From: an uncultured Hormoscilla sp.
GTDB lineage: Bacteria; Cyanobacteriota; Cyanobacteriia; Cyanobacteriales; Desertifilaceae
Length of the DNA stretch: 64,000 bases
Reading direction: 5' to 3'
Assembly: GCA_963921275.4 (NCBI GenBank)
Contig: OZ001293.3
Coordinates: 6,688,001-6,752,000, forward strand
This document shows positions 47,384-57,496 of the stretch, one piece after another; the stretch's first letter is position 1; each line of letters opens with the position of its first letter. A model generated the notes under the pieces. That model had not been told where the DNA came from. It did no database searches and saw only the letters and a list, made by a program, of their open reading frames with translations. Position numbers and translations under genes: made by a program.

Positions 47384-48139
47384 CTAACTACCGTTATGCT
47401 TTCCAACTATTTTGAGTATGGAATTCCAATTTTTGGAAGCATTATAACCGTACATATCCTGGTAATAAGCATCAACCACATACTCATCTTGATGCTTCAT
47501 TAACCATTGTCTCAAGTCATCCATTTTGCGAGCACCCCGCCCGATTAACTCCCGGTCTTCCCAATCAGACCATACTTCCCACATAAATTTATTTGTGTCT
47601 TCAATAATCAGGTAATCTCCAGTTTGCAGGCCATTGTGATGAAAATGATCGAGGATACCAACTAGATTATCATGAACGTCCTCTATAACTAACCAGGGAT
47701 GAGGCATATTAGAAAGCAATTGAGTCGGTAAAACAGCGCTTATTTCTCGACAATCTCCTTCTAAAAAATGAATTCTAGAGTCTGCTTTGGCTTTTTCATC
47801 AAGCTGAGAAAGGTCGCTATCTACACAGTAGATCTCGCCTTCGATCCCAAACTGTTGCAAATGATCTGCTAGCCAAATCGCACTTCCTCTCTTCAGGGCA
47901 CCCAGTTCAATAATGGTTTTGGGTTGCAATTCCCCCAGCAGCATAGGGTAGGCTGCTATTTGCATCGGGTCTTTTTCCAAAAGTACCCCTTTCCACGTTT
48001 GCAAATAGGCATTTTCAGTAAGAGGTCTCCAAGCCGACTTAGGAATATCGCATCTATCTTCTCGGTCAGATATTTTGACAAACCGATTATCTTTTCCCTC
48101 GACTCTCTCGACATTTTGATTGTCTTTTAGTGCCTTCAT
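47384..48139 (-). CDS. CmcI (cephalosporin hydroxylase-like) SAM-binding protein
   Basis: WKGV...YPMLL.ELQPKTIIELG...GSAIWLAD...GDYLIIED. Confidence 0.85.
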   Translation of the reverse strand: MKALKDNQNVERVEGKDNRFVKISDREDRCDIPKSAWRPLTENAYLQTWKGVLLEKDPMQIAAYPMLLGELQPKTIIELGALKRGSAIWLADHLQQFGIEGEIYCVDSDLSQLDEKAKADSRIHFLEGDCREISAVLPTQLLSNMPHPWLVIEDVHDNLVGILDHFHHNGLQTGDYLIIEDTNKFMWEVWSDWEDRELIGRGARKMDDLRQWLMKHQDEYVVDAYYQDMYGYNASKNWNSILKIVGKHNGS

Positions 48140-48765
48140 AGCGATCGCTCTTTTCTAAACGTCAAAATATAGATCGCATCTTGCTCTACGAGCCCAAGCT
48201 CATCTTGACTGAGCCAACTCCAAGGCAGTTTATCCAATGCTTCTTGCATCTGGTTGCGGTAGTCTCTCCGTATGGTCATCACCAGAATGCCGTCTGGCTT
48301 TAAAAAACCGAACAGGCTGTGCAAAACAGCAACCCCAGCATGGGCCAATGCAAATACGCCTGTCGCTAGTATAGCATCAAAGGTCTCTTTGGCAAAGGCT
48401 TGAGAGTCTTCCAGATTACACTGGTACAATTCCTTGTAAACTTGTTTCTTCTTAGCAACTGCCAACATCTCGCGGGAGAGGTCGGCCGCGACAACATTAG
48501 TATATCCTAACTTAGCCAAGGCTTCGCCCAATAATCCAGTACCCGCCCCTGCATCTAGGATCGAGGCATCCAATTCTGGCAACACTTTGGATAAAGCTAC
48601 AGCAGCTTTCTCTGGCATACAACGCCAATCATCCTCTACATCGCGATCGTAGCTATTTGCCCAGATATCATACTTATCTGACAACTCTGAAGTCGTTTTG
48701 CTATCGCATATCCATGATAGCCACTCTCTTTTCTTCTCTCGATCTGGGACGCGAGCTTTTGTCAT
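48136..48765 (-). CDS. Class I SAM-dependent methyltransferase
   Basis: YDIWANSYD, ILDAGAGTG, DLSREML, LKPDG. Confidence 0.9.
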   Translation of the reverse strand: MTKARVPDREKKREWLSWICDSKTTSELSDKYDIWANSYDRDVEDDWRCMPEKAAVALSKVLPELDASILDAGAGTGLLGEALAKLGYTNVVAADLSREMLAVAKKKQVYKELYQCNLEDSQAFAKETFDAILATGVFALAHAGVAVLHSLFGFLKPDGILVMTIRRDYRNQMQEALDKLPWSWLSQDELGLVEQDAIYILTFRKERSL

Positions 48766-48990
48766 TTTAGCCTTCGATATCCTCTACTACGGTATCTGGC
48801 GGGAGCATGCAATTTTGCAGCCCCCAGCTTATGCGATCGCCAGGGATAGCGGCGTATCGTTATAAAAATTGAGACCATCCCTATCTGACTCTATCCTTTG
48901 CCGGTGCCAGTTAGCTACTCCTTGTTCATCACTCCTTCGTCGTTTTCATCGTTACCATACCGAGTTTTTCCTAAAAAATAACAATGTCTA

Positions 48991-50039
48991 TTAGGTAGGC
49001 CACAGTCTCGGACAAAAAGTGGGATCTCTGTAATCCGGACTGCCATCACTCAATCTACGGCATAGCATATCGTTCGTGTGATAAATCAGGTTATTTTGTT
49101 CGTCATAAACCTTACGGTAATGATTCGCTTTATCTTGGATAAATAGAACAACAGCTAGGCGCGGACGCTCGGAAACATTTGGCCCGGTGTAATGAAAAAC
49201 CTGTGAATCTATAAAGCAACACTGACCTTTCTTAAGGCGAGTCTGCGCTACTTTTAAATGCTCGCCAGCCATTAGCTGCTTATCTAACTCGCTAAAGTCA
49301 TCGCAAATAAAGTTTTTCCCCTCTCTCAAACCATTCATACGATCATCATCTTGCTTTAAGTGACTTCCTTCAAGAAAGCTGGGCGTTCCCATAGTTTCAT
49401 CGCTATCTTGAAGCGGAATCCAAGCAGCTAACATTTTTTCTGACGTACATGTCTTAAAATAGGCTATATCTGTATGTTAACCAATAGTCTCTTTCTCTTG
49501 ACGGTCCCGATCTTGAGGTAATTTGCATATAAGAGAGCTATTAAACATTCTAATTTCATCGCTGCCTGCCAGAAGGGCCGCACAAGCGCCCAGTAATGGA
49601 TTCTTCATTAATTTGCGAATTTGATAATTATAACTCAAGTTGCGACCTACAGAACCTCAACCCCAAAATTAGGTCGGCAAAATTAGCTAAAATTACCTTG
49701 TGATTTACCCAAAAAAGGCATAGTTTTGAATTTTTTTAGCAAAAATGTTGTCTCAGATGTCAAAATTTTTATAGGTAGCAACTTAGGTTAATTATAGTGC
49801 GCTATGTAGGTATCAACTCTAAGGTTATCTCCTTTCCAATCTGACAAATGGGGTTTTACCTTTTCAGGCAAATCTGCATCAAGTTCTCCTTTGTAATAAC
49901 GTTTTACCCCTAACAAAGCTTTTTCTATTTCATATTCTGATAAGATTGTTTTTGTTATGTACCATCCTTTTTGCTTATACTCCTCTATTTCTTCTGGAGT
50001 TGGAAGCAATGCAATTTGTTCGTCAGTCAAGTTATCCAT
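48991..50039 (-). pseudogene. PhyH-family Fe/2OG dioxygenase, MITE-interrupted, in-frame TAA at 49477-49479
   Basis: After removing 49633-49788 and one TSD copy: AHYNYQIRK...ETIG*HTDIAYF...AWIPL...GSH...HYTGPN...R. Confidence 0.8.
49633..49788. mobile_element. MITE, 156 bp, TSD TAATTATA
   Basis: Imperfect TIR ACTCAAGTTGCGACCTA / ACCTAAGTTGCTACCTA; TSD at 49625-49632 and 49789-49796. Confidence 0.8.
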
Positions 50040-50042
50040 CCT

Positions 50043-51392
50043 TCACTCCCTGCTATTTCCCAAAAATCCACAGTCAATAACGTCAATCACTCTATTATAC
50101 TCTACATTTTTTAGATGCCAGTTAGTTATTTCTTCCCCCGGTATCAAAATCGGACTCCCTGGGGGCAGTTTCGTTAAGCAGCTACAACTTATCTTGCCTA
50201 AAGCTCTATCTATCGGCAATCTTTCCTTAGAGGCAAAAAACGCCTCTCTTGGCAACCTTCTCATCACCGGCTTCCGACAATAGTCTAATTCCACCTCTGG
50301 ACGCTTTGGTTTTGGCAAGATTATTTTTTGTATCTCTTTCAGCGCTCTCGCTACATATTCAAAATCCTCCTCTGTATGTTGAAAGGAAAAGATCGCTAAC
50401 GCGCCCTTTTCATCAGCATATTCGTCATCTATACCCCTTGAGTACAACAGATGCTCGATTTCTTTTCCCGAAGCCCGATCACTCTCCAGAAACAGCTTCA
50501 GCGGATCTCGCACTCCCTCATTATAACTTAACACCTCCCCGAAATTCCGAATCTGCTTTCTCAGTTGATCGCAATTTCTGGCCGCTTTTACAAACTCCGA
50601 TCTCCCCTCCTGGCCAAAGGCCGTATATATCGAGTCTTCGATACTCAATATTAACAGATTACTGCGAGTTGTGGTTTCAAACAGCGACAAAGCTGTCTGC
50701 ACTTCTTCTTTTGTCACCTGGGACTCTGCCTGCAGATGGAGTAAAGCAGTTTGGACTAAACTACCCGCATATTTGTGCAGACTGTGAACCACCACATCAG
50801 CTCCTTCTTCCAGCACTGAGTCCAACTCTGGCGATATAAAGGGAAAGTGAGTGCCATGGGCCTCGTCCACCACCAATTCTATCTTTCTGGCGCGACAATA
50901 TGCAACTATTTTGCCGACATCTGTGACTCTACCATCATAACTGGGATGTGTCAAGATTACAGAAGTAACATCTTTTCCTTCCCCCTCCAATGCCGCTATC
51001 ACTTCTGCCGCCGTTGGCATTACTTCCTGCGACTGGATGAAAAACGGCTCCAAACCCGACAGCACCAGTCCGTTAATTACCGCTGCATGGCTGTTCAACC
51101 CCAGGGCCACTCGACGATGCTTCCTGGCCAACAGGGCGCAGACCACCAACATTCCTTGGGTCGCTCCTCCAGTCAGAAAGAAGGTCTGTTTAGTATTGTA
51201 CAACTGCGATAAATTTTTCTCCACACCCTCCGTTCTGCTGCGGTTGAGCCAAGTAAAATCTAACCCATATATTTGGTCCTCAAAGTATTGAGTTTTCCCC
51301 GATCGTCCCTGATGCGCCGGCGTACACAGGCGCACCTTCATCCCATCGGCGCGCGATTTGATTATCTCATAGGCAGGGGATTTAGTATTCAT
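50043..51392 (-). CDS. PLP-dependent Orn/Lys/Arg decarboxylase family protein
   Basis: TPAHQG, VDEAHG, HSLHK (PLP lysine), PPGSPILIPGE. Confidence 0.88.
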   Translation of the reverse strand: MNTKSPAYEIIKSRADGMKVRLCTPAHQGRSGKTQYFEDQIYGLDFTWLNRSRTEGVEKNLSQLYNTKQTFFLTGGATQGMLVVCALLARKHRRVALGLNSHAAVINGLVLSGLEPFFIQSQEVMPTAAEVIAALEGEGKDVTSVILTHPSYDGRVTDVGKIVAYCRARKIELVVDEAHGTHFPFISPELDSVLEEGADVVVHSLHKYAGSLVQTALLHLQAESQVTKEEVQTALSLFETTTRSNLLILSIEDSIYTAFGQEGRSEFVKAARNCDQLRKQIRNFGEVLSYNEGVRDPLKLFLESDRASGKEIEHLLYSRGIDDEYADEKGALAIFSFQHTEEDFEYVARALKEIQKIILPKPKRPEVELDYCRKPVMRRLPREAFFASKERLPIDRALGKISCSCLTKLPPGSPILIPGEEITNWHLKNVEYNRVIDVIDCGFLGNSRE

Positions 51393-52713
51393 ACCCCTCG
51401 CTTTCCTTTAGAAAAATGGGAGCCAGTTGGGCCATTGGACGCTGGGTTGTTTCCGGCACTATCCCATTTCGCAACGCCAGCAGCATCCCGGCAGCTTCCA
51501 TATAGCTGTTTACATAATATATCTTCCTGCCGTCATGGTCAATCTTCAACAGTGCTGGCGTAATCTTGTACTGGGTCGGATTCTTCACCAGTATTATCGG
51601 GATGTTCTGATCCAAACTAGCAAAGAAGGGAATGTTCCCCACCGTCGTTTCTGGCCTCACCACTGCCGATATATTCTCCACTCCCAGTCGCTGACTGCCC
51701 TCCGGCACCGCTGCCGACACTGGCACCGGACGCGGAGAATAAGTCAACCCCTTCAACGGAGAACATAGGTAAGAGCTAGAGATCAATTCTGCTCCATCCC
51801 GCGGATCTACCAGCTTGCCAAACCCCGTATGTTCCCACTCTAATAATAAGGGAGCGTGGGCCGCTGTAAATGGATAAAAATTCGTGAGCATGTGGGTGAG
51901 GATTGCTTCTGCTCCTCCCCAAGGATTGGGAATCGCATCTCCTTTATAATAACGCTGTCGTATCGCATCGTCAACCATCAGGGTTGTCATCAGGGCCACC
52001 GCTGTAGCTGAGCTTCTTTCGACCACATCCAGGGCCCGCATCAATTCGTCTATGCCCTTATATTCCCCTGACGCATTCCCGTATTGGGAATAGGTACAGG
52101 TTGTTTCTATTTTTCCGCTTGTCACTATCACCGGTTCTACCTGAACCCCTCCCACGGTTCGCAACCCATTGAGAGCGTTGAGGACATTATTCAAGAATCT
52201 TTCGTCTCTGGGCTTTTCTATAATTGCGGCCACGTTTTTCCGTTGTTCGGGAATCACCGCCAGATTCCCCAATAGCAACTGGCAAATTAAGTTCCCTTCC
52301 AGGTAAAGAACGTTTTCATGAGCATAATACAGGTCTGAGGCCGTGACTGCATTCGGATTTGTCACTAAGTAGTCGCAGGCCGTGGCCAAAAGATTGGTAC
52401 TGGGGGTGCCATCGCCGGCGAATCCCCCGATTTCCGCCCGCACCCCTGTGGGGATAATGCTGACTGCCACAAAGGGTTTCGTCGCCGCCTCTTGCCGGAC
52501 GTTCATATCCAGCAATGAGGGCCATACTGGCGGTTTTGAGGTTTGAATAAAGCTACATTAAAATGTGAGCCGGTTGTCCGATACTGAGGTTAATATCAGT
52601 CTGATGGGAACTCCCGGTAGGGGCAGTTCCCCAATCTTGGGACCAATGAACCGCCAACTCCGCTCTTGGGGCGGACAGTCTATTTGCAAATCTTTGGTAA
52701 AAACTTCTGACAC
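51382..52713 (-). CDS. DUF3326 family protein; N-terminal extension has an in-frame TAA at 52558-52560
   Basis: IIPTGVRAEIGGFAGD, NPNAV, LYLEG, NPWGGAEA, AAHAP, VDPR; frame continues upstream to GTG 52713. Confidence 0.75.
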
Positions 52714-52921
52714 TCAGCCAGCTCCCTGATTTATGGCATTTTCATAAATCACTAGACAGTGCGAAGTTCTAATGTAACTGCTTGTCATAAGCGGGTTTGG
52801 GCCCGATGGACCGACTAGAGGCAATCACCAGGAGCATACGGGCTGTAAGCCCCTCCCGGCAATGGTTTCAGCTTTTATAGTATGTCTTGTTTGAGGAGAA
52901 CTTTGCACTCTCCAGTAAATA

Positions 52922-53006
52922 ACCTTCACTATCTTAACCCCCTCGGAACTCAACTAACAATGATTTATGTTAATTTATGTTAACAATTGTTAGCTTGTAG
53001 GTTCTG
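52922..53006. repeat. 85-bp direct repeat, copy 1 (copy 2 at 56955-57039)
   Basis: ACCTTCACTATCTTAACCCCCTC...TGTTAATTTATGTTAACAATT...AGCTTGTAGGTTCTG at both positions. Confidence 0.85.
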
Positions 53007-53064
53007 TTGGAGTTTAGACTAATTGCTATCAGGCACATGAATGGGCGGGCATGGTAAAATTGCT

Positions 53065-53197
53065 CACCGGTTCAGTCCAATTAAAAATATCGCCTGAAAC
53101 CCTCACCCAGTAAGGGATATAGCCCTTTTAGCTCAGATTGCCTAAACCCCTTCCCTGTCAGGGTTTCAGCAGTTTGATTAATCAAACTGAACCAGTG
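53065..53197. mobile_element. Possible MITE (133 bp)
   Basis: CACCGGTTCAGT...ACTGAACCAGTG imperfect inverted ends; no TSD seen. Confidence 0.45.
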
Positions 53198-53522
53198 CCG
53201 GTGCTGGCGGCGGCTTGAGAGGGGATTTATAAAAAAAGATTAAGAAAAACAAAAGGTAGGACAATCCGATGACATATTAAGAGTATATTGGTTGTGAGTG
53301 AGCGCATTCCGAGCGCGAAGCCTGGCGCCAGCCATGCAGAAGCTATCCGACAGACCGGTTGCGACGAGCAGTCGGTCCTAATGGAACCCCTACTGCTAGC
53401 AGTGGCCATTCCACCTCTGGGGTCGGAGAAGAGATATGGCGTCAATGTTATTGAGGCCAAAGTTAATTGAGGGCCTGTAGTAATTGTAATGTTGTAATTC
53501 ATTTTTTGAATATTTGATCGCG

Positions 53523-55224
53523 ATGAAAATTTCGGAAAAACAATTAAAAAATTACCATAAAAATGGCTTTTTGATTTTAGAAAATTACCTATCAAAAGCA
53601 GAAATAGATATCATCAAAACAGCAGCGGGTAAAAGACTTGAGGAGGACACATACCAGAGAGTTTTAGAAAAAAGTGGAGACACAAAATCGTACCTGGGGA
53701 TACATAAAGCTAATAAAGTGACGGATTGCTTAGGACGGCTTCCTCGACTGGTCGAGCCAGCGAAACAAATTTTAGAGAGTGACGTTTATGTCCATCAATC
53801 TAAGTTGAACCCCAAGGTTGCTTTGCAAGGCGAGCAACTAGAATGGCATACGGATTTCTGGTACTGGCAGAGAGAGGATGGTATGCCAACGCCTCGGGCA
53901 GTCACTGCTGGGATTTTCTTGGATAACGTCAATGAGTTTGTGCGATTCGTTCTAGCCTAACGTGGTCAAACACGGAACGCTAGCCCGGTTTCATTAGCCG
54001 GGAACTCTGACCGCATGGGGGTTAAATTCCCCTCCCCCCAGGTACGGGGGTGACACCGGTCCTCGGTGCTACGAAGCGACATCATCGTGGTGCTAAGCGA
54101 GGACTCAAATGTAGGATAACTGGCAGCCTAAGCCGGTGACGCCGCTAGGAAAGATATCCAAGGTTAGAGCAGGCAAACATGTGCAAGCCTCGTTATAAGG
54201 AACCAGCGAAATAAGGCTATATGCGCTGGCCTAAAAAGGAAATGGTAGCTAGTATTAGTTTTAGACTCTGGCTAATATAGTACTCAAATAGCTCCCGGGG
54301 TATAGTGTGGACCTAAAGGTATCGCGAAATGTTGTTAGGGAACGAAGTAACCTCTCGTGTGCTGTCCATCAGGACAAGTTAGATGTTAAGCGCAAGCCAC
54401 GGGGGGAGGGATGGCCCAAGAAGCGAATGCCCGGGGTAATTCCTGGGATAACATCTACAGTAATGTAGATGATGCTGGGTAGCCAGCGCTGACGTGGGTC
54501 GGTGATACTAGGAAGCTGCTGGAATGAGTAATCCTAAAAAGCCACGGAACTAATCCGAAACGCAAGTGGAGGATAAGGTATGGATAACTGGTAAAACTGA
54601 CTTGAAAATGGTGATACTAACGGTTATCAGAACAACCACTCGCTAAACCAGGAAAGGGAAGAAAAGACAGGCGGCAAGGGCTAACGGAAGTAATTCCTAT
54701 TAAGTCTACCTATGAAAAGGGCCTAGTACCCAGTAGCCGGATGCGGTGAAAATCGCAAGTCCGGTTCCTCAAGGGAGGGTCGGGAAGCGATTCCCGGCTC
54801 GACCCCATCCAATGGTCCAATGCTAATAATTCCGGGTTCTCATAACCAGTCAGCTCAATTAGAAGGCAACAACCCGTCTTCTTTGAGGGCAGAGAGCAGC
54901 TCCGAACGGGACGAAAAAGAACCTTTTTGGATGCAGTCAGTGATTCCAAAATACCCAATAGATAAGGATGCTCTTGCTAGAGTTATTGCCGAGTGCGGCA
55001 TTGTCTCGGTCAAGGGAACAGCCGGATTGGTTATATTCTTCCACAGTTGCGTGCTGCACGCAGCATTGTGCAATATGTCGCCGTGGGATCGATATGCTAT
55101 TTTTATTAGCTATAACAGTATTGAGAATAGTCTTATCAAGGCTGGAAGACCTCGTCCGGCATTCATCGCAGAATCTGAATTCAGTCCTATAGTCACAGTG
55201 TCGGATAGAGCTTTGTTAGAATAA
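53523..55224 (+). CDS. PhyH/ectoine-hydroxylase-like Fe/2OG dioxygenase in two exons (53523-53939, 54811-55224); 276 aa spliced
   Basis: YVHQSKLNPK...WHTDF..W...DGM; spliced junction FLDNVNEF|NGPMLIIPGSH; later LHA...NMSP..R. Confidence 0.88.
53940..54810 (+). mobile_element. ORF-less group II intron, copy 3 (871 nt)
   Basis: GTGCGATTCG...domain V at about 54733-54767...GACCCCATCC. Confidence 0.93.
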
Positions 55225-55257
55225 AGGTAAAGTCGATCGAGGTGCAATTTATTTCTC

Positions 55258-56887
55258 ATGGATTATCAGAAGACAATAAAACAAGCAAAACACAAGATCG
55301 AACCTCTTAAGCCAGATCGGTTCGTTAAAATTTCCGATCGCTCGGATAAATGTGACTTGTCCTCGTCCAGTTGGCGGTCCCTGATGAAAAATTCGTGCCT
55401 ACAGACATGGAAAGGGATGCTTCACCTAAAAGGGCCTGTGCGATTCGTTCTAGCCTAACGTGGTCAAACACGGAACGCTAGCCCGGTTTCATTAGCCGGG
55501 AACTCTGACCGCATGGGGGTTAAATTCCCCTCCCCCCAGGTACGGGGGTGACACCGGTCCTCGGTGCTACGAAGCGACATCATCGTGGTGCTAAGCGAGG
55601 ACTCAAATGTAGGATAACTGGCAGCCTAAGCCGGTGACGCCGCTAGGAAAGATATCCAAGGTTAGAGCAGGCAAACATGTGCAAGCCTCGTTATAAGGAA
55701 CCAGCGAAATAAGGCTATATGCGCTGGCCTAAAAAGGAAATGGTAGCTAGTATTAGTTTTAGACTCTGGCTAATATAGTACTCAAATAGCTCCCGGGGTA
55801 TAGTGTGGACCTAAAGGTATCGCGAAATGTTGTTAGGGAACGAAGTAACCTCTCGTGTGCTGTCCATCAGGACAAGTTAGATGTTAAGCGCAAGCCACGG
55901 GGGGAGGGATGGCCCAAGAAGCGAATGCCCGGGGTAATTCCTGGGATAACATCTACAGTAATGTAGATGATGCTGGGTAGCCAGCGCTGACGTGGGTCGG
56001 TGATACTAGGAAGCTGCTGGAATGAGTAATCCTAAAAAGCCACGGAACTAATCCGAAACGCAAGTGGAGGATAAGGTATGGATAACTGGTAAAACTGACT
56101 TGAAAATGGTGATACTAACGGTTATCAGAACAACCACTCGCTAAACCAGGAAAGGGAAGAAAAGACAGGCGGCAAGGGCTAACGGAAGTAATTCCTATTA
56201 AGTCTACCTATGAAAAGGGCCTAGTACCCAGTAGCCGGATGCGGTGAAAATCGCAAGTCCGGTTCCTCAAGGGAGGGTCGGGAAGCGATTCCCGGCTCGA
56301 CCCCATCCACAGAAATCGCACTTTACCCGATGCTTCTATACGAGATTCAGCCAAAAACGATTCTCGAAATTGGTGCTTTCACTGGTGGCTGCGCGGTTTG
56401 GCTGGCCGATCTTCTGGATGTGTTGTAGATTGAAGGTTGTATCTACTCTGTCGATATCGATCTTTCACTCCTTGAGGAGAAAGCAAAAACTGACTCTAGA
56501 ATTCATTTTGTGGAGGGAGATTGCAATAACATTCAAGCAGCTTTTCCTCCAGACTTGCTTGCTAAGCTCGCTCATCCTTGGCTTTTGGTTGAAGATGCGC
56601 ATGTAAACACAATCGGAGTCGTTGAATATATTCACAATAATGGTCTCCAGACTGGAGACTATCTTATTATTGACGACACCAACAAACTGCAGATAGAATC
56701 ATGGGGAAGTTTGGGGGAAGATGGGGAAAATAGATTGGAAGCTGTAGAACAAGGGAAGCAAAAGATAGATGAATTGAAAGCTTGGTTAATGCTTCACTCA
56801 GATGAGTATTTAATTGATACTTACTATCAAGACATGTATGGCTATAACGGAGCTAGGAGTTCAAATTATATTCTCAAAAGAGTCTAA
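55258..56887 (+). pseudogene. Second CmcI-family gene in two exons (55258-55437, 56309-56887) with in-frame TAG at 56426-56428
   Basis: Spliced KGP|TEIALYPMLLYEIQPKTILEIG aligns without gaps to paralogue KDPMQIAAYPMLLGELQPKTIIELG. Confidence 0.85.
55438..56308 (+). mobile_element. ORF-less group II intron, copy 4 (871 nt)
   Basis: Same sequence as copy 3. Confidence 0.93.
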
Positions 56888-56954
56888 GTTGCGTATTACT
56901 TGGTATTCGACAATAAGACGTGCGGAATGTAGATTGTTTGCAACTCCATAAATC

Positions 56955-57039
56955 ACCTTCACTATCTTAACCCCCTCCGAGAGCAAGTAACAAGATTTTT
57001 TGTTAATTTATGTTAACAATTATGAGCTTGTAGGTTCTG
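56955..57039. repeat. 85-bp direct repeat, copy 2
   Basis: Matches 52922-53006 with scattered substitutions. Confidence 0.85.
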
Positions 57040-57049
57040 CCTACCCTGA

Positions 57050-57340
57050 CTATAGCTTTGGTCGATCGCCCCCTCGATCGCCCCCCCGATCGCCTCTCTC
57101 CGTAGCAGGAACTGTGGTAACTTCATTCAAAGACCAGCGATAGTCAATGGGCAAGTTAGCCTGGTGGCAACTTTCTTCCAGTTGTCTCTGTTGGGCCAGG
57201 GCTTTTCGCAGGGTAATAATCAACTGATGGACTTGTTCCTGCTGCGGAGACTGGTTACTAACAGCTAACCATGTCTGCCGTTCTAAAAGTTGCAGTAGCA
57301 GTTCGTAGTGAATGTGAGAAGGAATGGGAATAGGCTCCAT
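57050..57340 (-). CDS. DUF5340-like cyanobacterial protein
   Basis: MEPIPIPSHIHYELLLQLLERQT...YRWSLN; lies downstream of trpC. Confidence 0.75.
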   Translation of the reverse strand: MEPIPIPSHIHYELLLQLLERQTWLAVSNQSPQQEQVHQLIITLRKALAQQRQLEESCHQANLPIDYRWSLNEVTTVPATERGDRGGDRGGDRPKL

Positions 57341-57496
57341 CGATGTAAATATCCCAAAAAATTGTAGTATAGACTGTCGCTCATTTAATTTGCACCCAAG
57401 AAAAGCTGATATCATTGTTGCCAATAATTTTAATTTTGAATTGCTTATAATTGATGCCTGTTATTTTTTATTCCAGGCATCAATCCGGTTTTTTTC

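Noticed and set aside
53216..53500. Possible ncRNA or riboswitch upstream of the PhyH gene
   Set aside because: GC-richer patch but no recognisable family motif; cannot be supported without a covariance search.
53940..54810. The 871-bp repeat as an IS or MITE
   Set aside because: No terminal inverted repeats or target duplication; it has a GUGCG start, domain V/VI and strict sense orientation.
46047..55224. Fe/2OG halogenases in the cluster
   Set aside because: All keep the HxD carboxylate (HRD, HTD, HTD) rather than HxG/A.
54710..56606. ORFs 54710-54958(-) and 56244-56606(+) as genes
   Set aside because: They are translations across intron domain V/VI and shadow frames of the real exons.
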